Positions 60,497 through 64,000 of a stretch of 64,000 bases of DNA are shown piece by piece. Source of the stretch: an uncultured Acidimicrobiales bacterium (GTDB lineage Bacteria; Actinomycetota; Acidimicrobiia; Acidimicrobiales; DATKAS01); NCBI GenBank assembly GCA_963847855.1, contig CAWKBM010000001.1:442892-506891 (forward strand). Reading direction: 5' to 3'. The notes beneath the pieces are model-generated. The model did not search any database, had not been told where the DNA came from, and worked only from the letters and a program-made list of their open reading frames with translations. Positions within the stretch are counted from its first letter, which is position 1. Each line of letters begins with the position of its first letter. The position numbers and the translations under genes were made by a program.

Positions 60497-61603
60497 ATGA
60501 CTACAGAGAGCTTCGACACGATCATCATCGGCGGAGGACAGGCTGGCCTTGCGATGGGACACGCGCTCGCCAAGACCGGGCGCGACTTCGTCATCCTCGA
60601 CGCGCATCCCCGGGTCGGGGACGCGTGGCGACGCCGCTGGGATTCGCTCGTCTTGTTCACGCCCGCCCGCTACTGCGCACTTCCGGGCATGCGGTTTCCC
60701 GCGACCAGCGGCCATCTTCCGACGAAGGACGAGATGGCCGATTACCTCGAAGCGTACGCGGCGAAGTTCAGCTTGCCGGTGCGCCCGAGCACACGGGTGG
60801 ACTCCCTGACCAAGACCGGCGATCGCTTCCTCGCGGCGGCCGGCGACCGAACCTTCGAGGCCGACAACGTGGTGATCGCAATGGCGAACTTCCAGCAGCC
60901 GAAGCTTCCGGCGATCGCGGCCGAGCTCGATCCTTCGATCACGCAGCTGCACTCGCACGAGTACCGGAACATGGCCCAGCTCGATGACGGCCCAGTGCTC
61001 GTCGTGGGGGTGGGCAACTCGGGCGCCGAGATCGCGCTCGAGGTCGCGGCGCAGGGTCGCGTCACATGGCTCGCGGGCCAAGAGTCGGGACACGTCCCCT
61101 TCCGCACTGACAACTTCCTGGGCCGGAACGTCGCCTTGCGATTCGTGCGATTCCTCGGCCACCACGTGCTGACCGTCCGCACTCCGCCCGGGAAGAAGAT
61201 CCGGCCCAAGTTCCTCGCCCAGGCCACACCCCTCATTCGCACCAAGCCGAAGGACCTCGTCGCCGCCGGCGCCACGCGGGTGGGAAAGATCGCGAGCGTC
61301 ACCGGCGGGCGTCCCGTCACTGAGGACGGCCAGGTGCTCGACGTCTCGAACGTGATCTGGTGCACGGGATATCGACCTGGCTTCTCGTGGATCGACCTCC
61401 CGGTGCTCGGAGACCGCCAGGAACCGGTGCATGAGCGCGGCGTCGTCGCCCAAGAGCCGGGCCTGTACTTCGTCGGTCTGGAGTTCCTGTACTCAGCGAC
61501 CTCCGCCGCACTCACGGGGGTCGGCCGCGACGCGAGGCGAGTCGCCAAGCACATCGCGTCGAGTCGGGCTGGAAAGCCCGAGCTTGCGAGCGCCGCTGCG
61601 TAG
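60497..61603 (+). CDS. Flavin-containing monooxygenase family oxidoreductase
   Basis: GGGQAG, WDSLVLFTP, LHSHEY, VGVGNSG, WCTGY. Confidence 0.85.
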   Translation: MTTESFDTIIIGGGQAGLAMGHALAKTGRDFVILDAHPRVGDAWRRRWDSLVLFTPARYCALPGMRFPATSGHLPTKDEMADYLEAYAAKFSLPVRPSTRVDSLTKTGDRFLAAAGDRTFEADNVVIAMANFQQPKLPAIAAELDPSITQLHSHEYRNMAQLDDGPVLVVGVGNSGAEIALEVAAQGRVTWLAGQESGHVPFRTDNFLGRNVALRFVRFLGHHVLTVRTPPGKKIRPKFLAQATPLIRTKPKDLVAAGATRVGKIASVTGGRPVTEDGQVLDVSNVIWCTGYRPGFSWIDLPVLGDRQEPVHERGVVAQEPGLYFVGLEFLYSATSAALTGVGRDARRVAKHIASSRAGKPELASAAA

Positions 61604-61612
61604 CGTTCAGCG

Positions 61613-62332
61613 ATGCGGCTCTACGAACTCGCCTACACGTGTCGCCTGTTCGGCGAGCTCGCGCCGGTCGACTCGGCAACGGTCGAGCTCGAGGCGATCA
61701 CGGGCGGCCGCGCCGACCTCAGCAACCCGGCGCATGCAAGGGCACTGCTCGTCTGGCTCAACAAGTGGGGATGCCGGCAGTTCGCCATCGAGCACCACGG
61801 AGCGGCGGCGCGGATGTTCGCCGACTGGGGCGACCGGTGGTTCGCTCAGCTCCCAGCGCGCACCGCATCGCTGTCGAAGCTGAGCGAGGCGAAGCTCGCG
61901 GTGACCGCCAATGCATACGGCGACCTGAGGGAGCGCGCCGCGAGTCAGCGGATCCTCAAGGACGGACGCGTCTCGATCGTGACCGTCGGCGCGACCGGTG
62001 CAGCGAAGGCCCTGCACGCGTTGCGTCCGGCGACGTTGCCGCCGTGGGACGATCCGATGCGGGCTGCGCTGGGCCTCGACGGCGGCCGGGACAGCTACCT
62101 CGAGTACCTCGGCCTCGTGCAAGCAACCTGCCGATCGATCGAGGCAGAGGCCGCGCTGCAGGGCATCGCGCCGCGAGACATCCCGAAGGCGTTGGGCCGC
62201 CCGAAGTCGAGCCTTCCGAAGATGATCGACGAGCACTACTGGATCACGCTGACCCGCCGCCACGTGCCGCCGTCCACTGACGACCTCGAGCGCTGGACCG
62301 ACTGGGCGGGATTCGGTGATAAGCCCGGGTGA
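61613..62332 (+). CDS. Hypothetical protein with HhH-GPD-like motif
   Basis: Clean ORF with GC3-rich codons; WLNKWG, VGATGAAKALHALRPATLPPWD, KMIDE. Confidence 0.65.
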   Translation: MRLYELAYTCRLFGELAPVDSATVELEAITGGRADLSNPAHARALLVWLNKWGCRQFAIEHHGAAARMFADWGDRWFAQLPARTASLSKLSEAKLAVTANAYGDLRERAASQRILKDGRVSIVTVGATGAAKALHALRPATLPPWDDPMRAALGLDGGRDSYLEYLGLVQATCRSIEAEAALQGIAPRDIPKALGRPKSSLPKMIDEHYWITLTRRHVPPSTDDLERWTDWAGFGDKPG

Positions 62333-64000
62333 TGTCAGTGGCCACTGAAGCAACCCGTCAATCAATTGCAGCCGCATCAGCGTCGCTCCCGATGCACGAC
62401 ACGCAGGACTTCGACGACGTCGACCGCGGGTTCGTGGCTCGCGCCGAGAGCCGCAACATCCATACTGCGGATGGTCGACTCGCATGGGACCTCGACGCCT
62501 ACCGCTTCCTCGAGGGGCCGGCGCCCGACACTGCGAACCCGAGCCTTTGGCGGCAAGGGCAGCTGCTGATCAAGGACGGGCTGTACGAGGTCGTCCCCGG
62601 CGTCTATCAGCTGCGCGGGTTCGACCTGTCGGTGATGAGCGTGATCGAGGGCGAGACCGGCGTCATCGTGGTCGATCCGCTGACGTGTTTGGAGAACGCG
62701 GCGGCCGCGTTCGCGCTGTACACCGCGCACCGCGGCGCTCGCCCCGTCAAGGCGATGATCTACACGCACTCACACATCGACCACTTCGGTGGCGTGAAGG
62801 GGATCATCACCCAGGAGCAGGTCGACAGCGGCGAGGTTCCGGTCATCGCGCCGAGGGGTTCATCCATCACGCCATCTCGGAGAACGTGTACGCCGGAGTC
62901 GCGATGGCTCGCCGCGCGGCGTACATGTACGGCGCCGCGCTCGACAAGGGGCCGGCCGGACAGATCGGCGCTGGGCTCGGCCAGACCGTGCCGAGCGGCA
63001 ACGTGACGCTCATCCCGCCGACGAGGGACATCACGTTCACCGGTGAGGAGCTCACGATCGACGGTGTACGGATCGTGTTCCAGATGACACCGGGCACCGA
63101 GGCGCCCGCGGAGATGAACTTCTACTTCCCCGACTTCCACGCGCTGTGCGCGGCGGAGAACACGTCGCACACGTTGCACAACGTGCTGACGATCCGGGGG
63201 GCGCTGGTGCGCGACACGCACGCGTGGGCGCACTACCTGACCGAGACGATCGACATGTGGGGCGACGAGCTCGATGTCGTGTTCGCATCCCACCACTGGC
63301 CGACGTGGGGACGCGAGCGCGCCGTCGAGTTCCTCGCCATGCAGCGCGACATGTATCTCTACCTCCACGACCAGGCGCTCCGCCTCATCAACCAGGGCTA
63401 CGTCGGCACCGAGATCGCCGAGATGTTGGAGATGCCGCCCGCGCTCGTAGCCGCGTGGCACACGCACGGCTACTACGGCTCGGTCAGCCACAACCTCAAG
63501 GCCGTGTACCAGCGCTACATGGGTTGGTACGACGCCAACCCGGCGAACCTCTGGGCGCATCCACCGGTCGAAGCCGCCAAGCGCTACGTCGCGGCGATGG
63601 GCGGGCTCGACGCCGCGGTCGCTGTTGCGCAGGGCGCGTACGACGAGGGCGACTACCGATGGGTCGTCGAGGTGTGCAAGCACATTCTCTTTGCCGACGA
63701 CGGCTCCGCGCCCGCACGTGACTTGATGGCCGACGCGCTCGAACAGCTCGCCTTCGGTGCCGAGAACGGCACGTGGCGCAACGCGTTCCTGTCGGGCGCC
63801 AGCGAGCTTCGCCACGGTGGATTCGGCACGCCGACCGCGTCCGCCGCTCGGGACATCATCGCCGCGCTGTCGGTCGACCAAATGCTCGACACGATCGCGA
63901 TCCGGATCGACGGGCCGAGAGCATGGAACGAGCACGTGGTGCTTTCGCTCGTCGTCACCGACACGGGTCTCACCCACGTCGCCGAGCTGCGCAACGGGGT
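62332..64000 (+). CDS. Alkyl/aryl sulfatase (SdsA1-like MBL fold), partial; frameshift near 62855
   Basis: NPSLWRQ, RGFDLS, YTHSHIDHFGG, PGTEAPAEM, SHHWP, GYYGSVSHN. Confidence 0.9.

Overview
GC-rich (roughly 70% by eye) chromosomal window from an actinobacterium, probably Acidimicrobiia-like (inferred from mycothiol-dependent MDMPI/TIGR03086 proteins, HisN-type histidinol phosphatase, a LppX-like lipoprotein and leaderless TANNNT promoters). It holds about 60 densely packed genes. These include tldD (partial), a TPP-dependent ALS-like enzyme, dxs, hisN, a thiolase with an HMG-CoA-synthase-like/DUF35 fusion partner, nfuA, a TPP riboswitch controlling thiN-thiBPQ, TetR/MFS, an MprF/LysX-like protein, a P450, a lactonase-LarA-SDR-CoA-transferase operon, phosphoketolase and acetate kinase, an OsmC-like/flavoprotein pair, a LuxR regulator with a flavin monooxygenase, and an alkyl sulfatase (partial). 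tRNA-Arg(CCT) at 37202-37274 borders a ~6.8 kb decaying island with no integrase, closed by a degenerate copy of the tRNA 3' half at 44086-44124. About 15 single-base frameshifts, one in the normally essential dxs, point to sequencing or assembly indel errors rather than real pseudogenes. The most notable leads are an AbiEi/DUF559-type nuclease gene bracketed by 41-bp hairpin direct repeats, the tRNA island with SARP-type 11-bp phased operators, the LarA sugar-acid operon, a PhlABC-like thiolase complex, an orphan HhH-glycosylase-like gene, and exact tandem duplications at gene junctions. All family assignments come from recognising motifs by eye; no database search was run.
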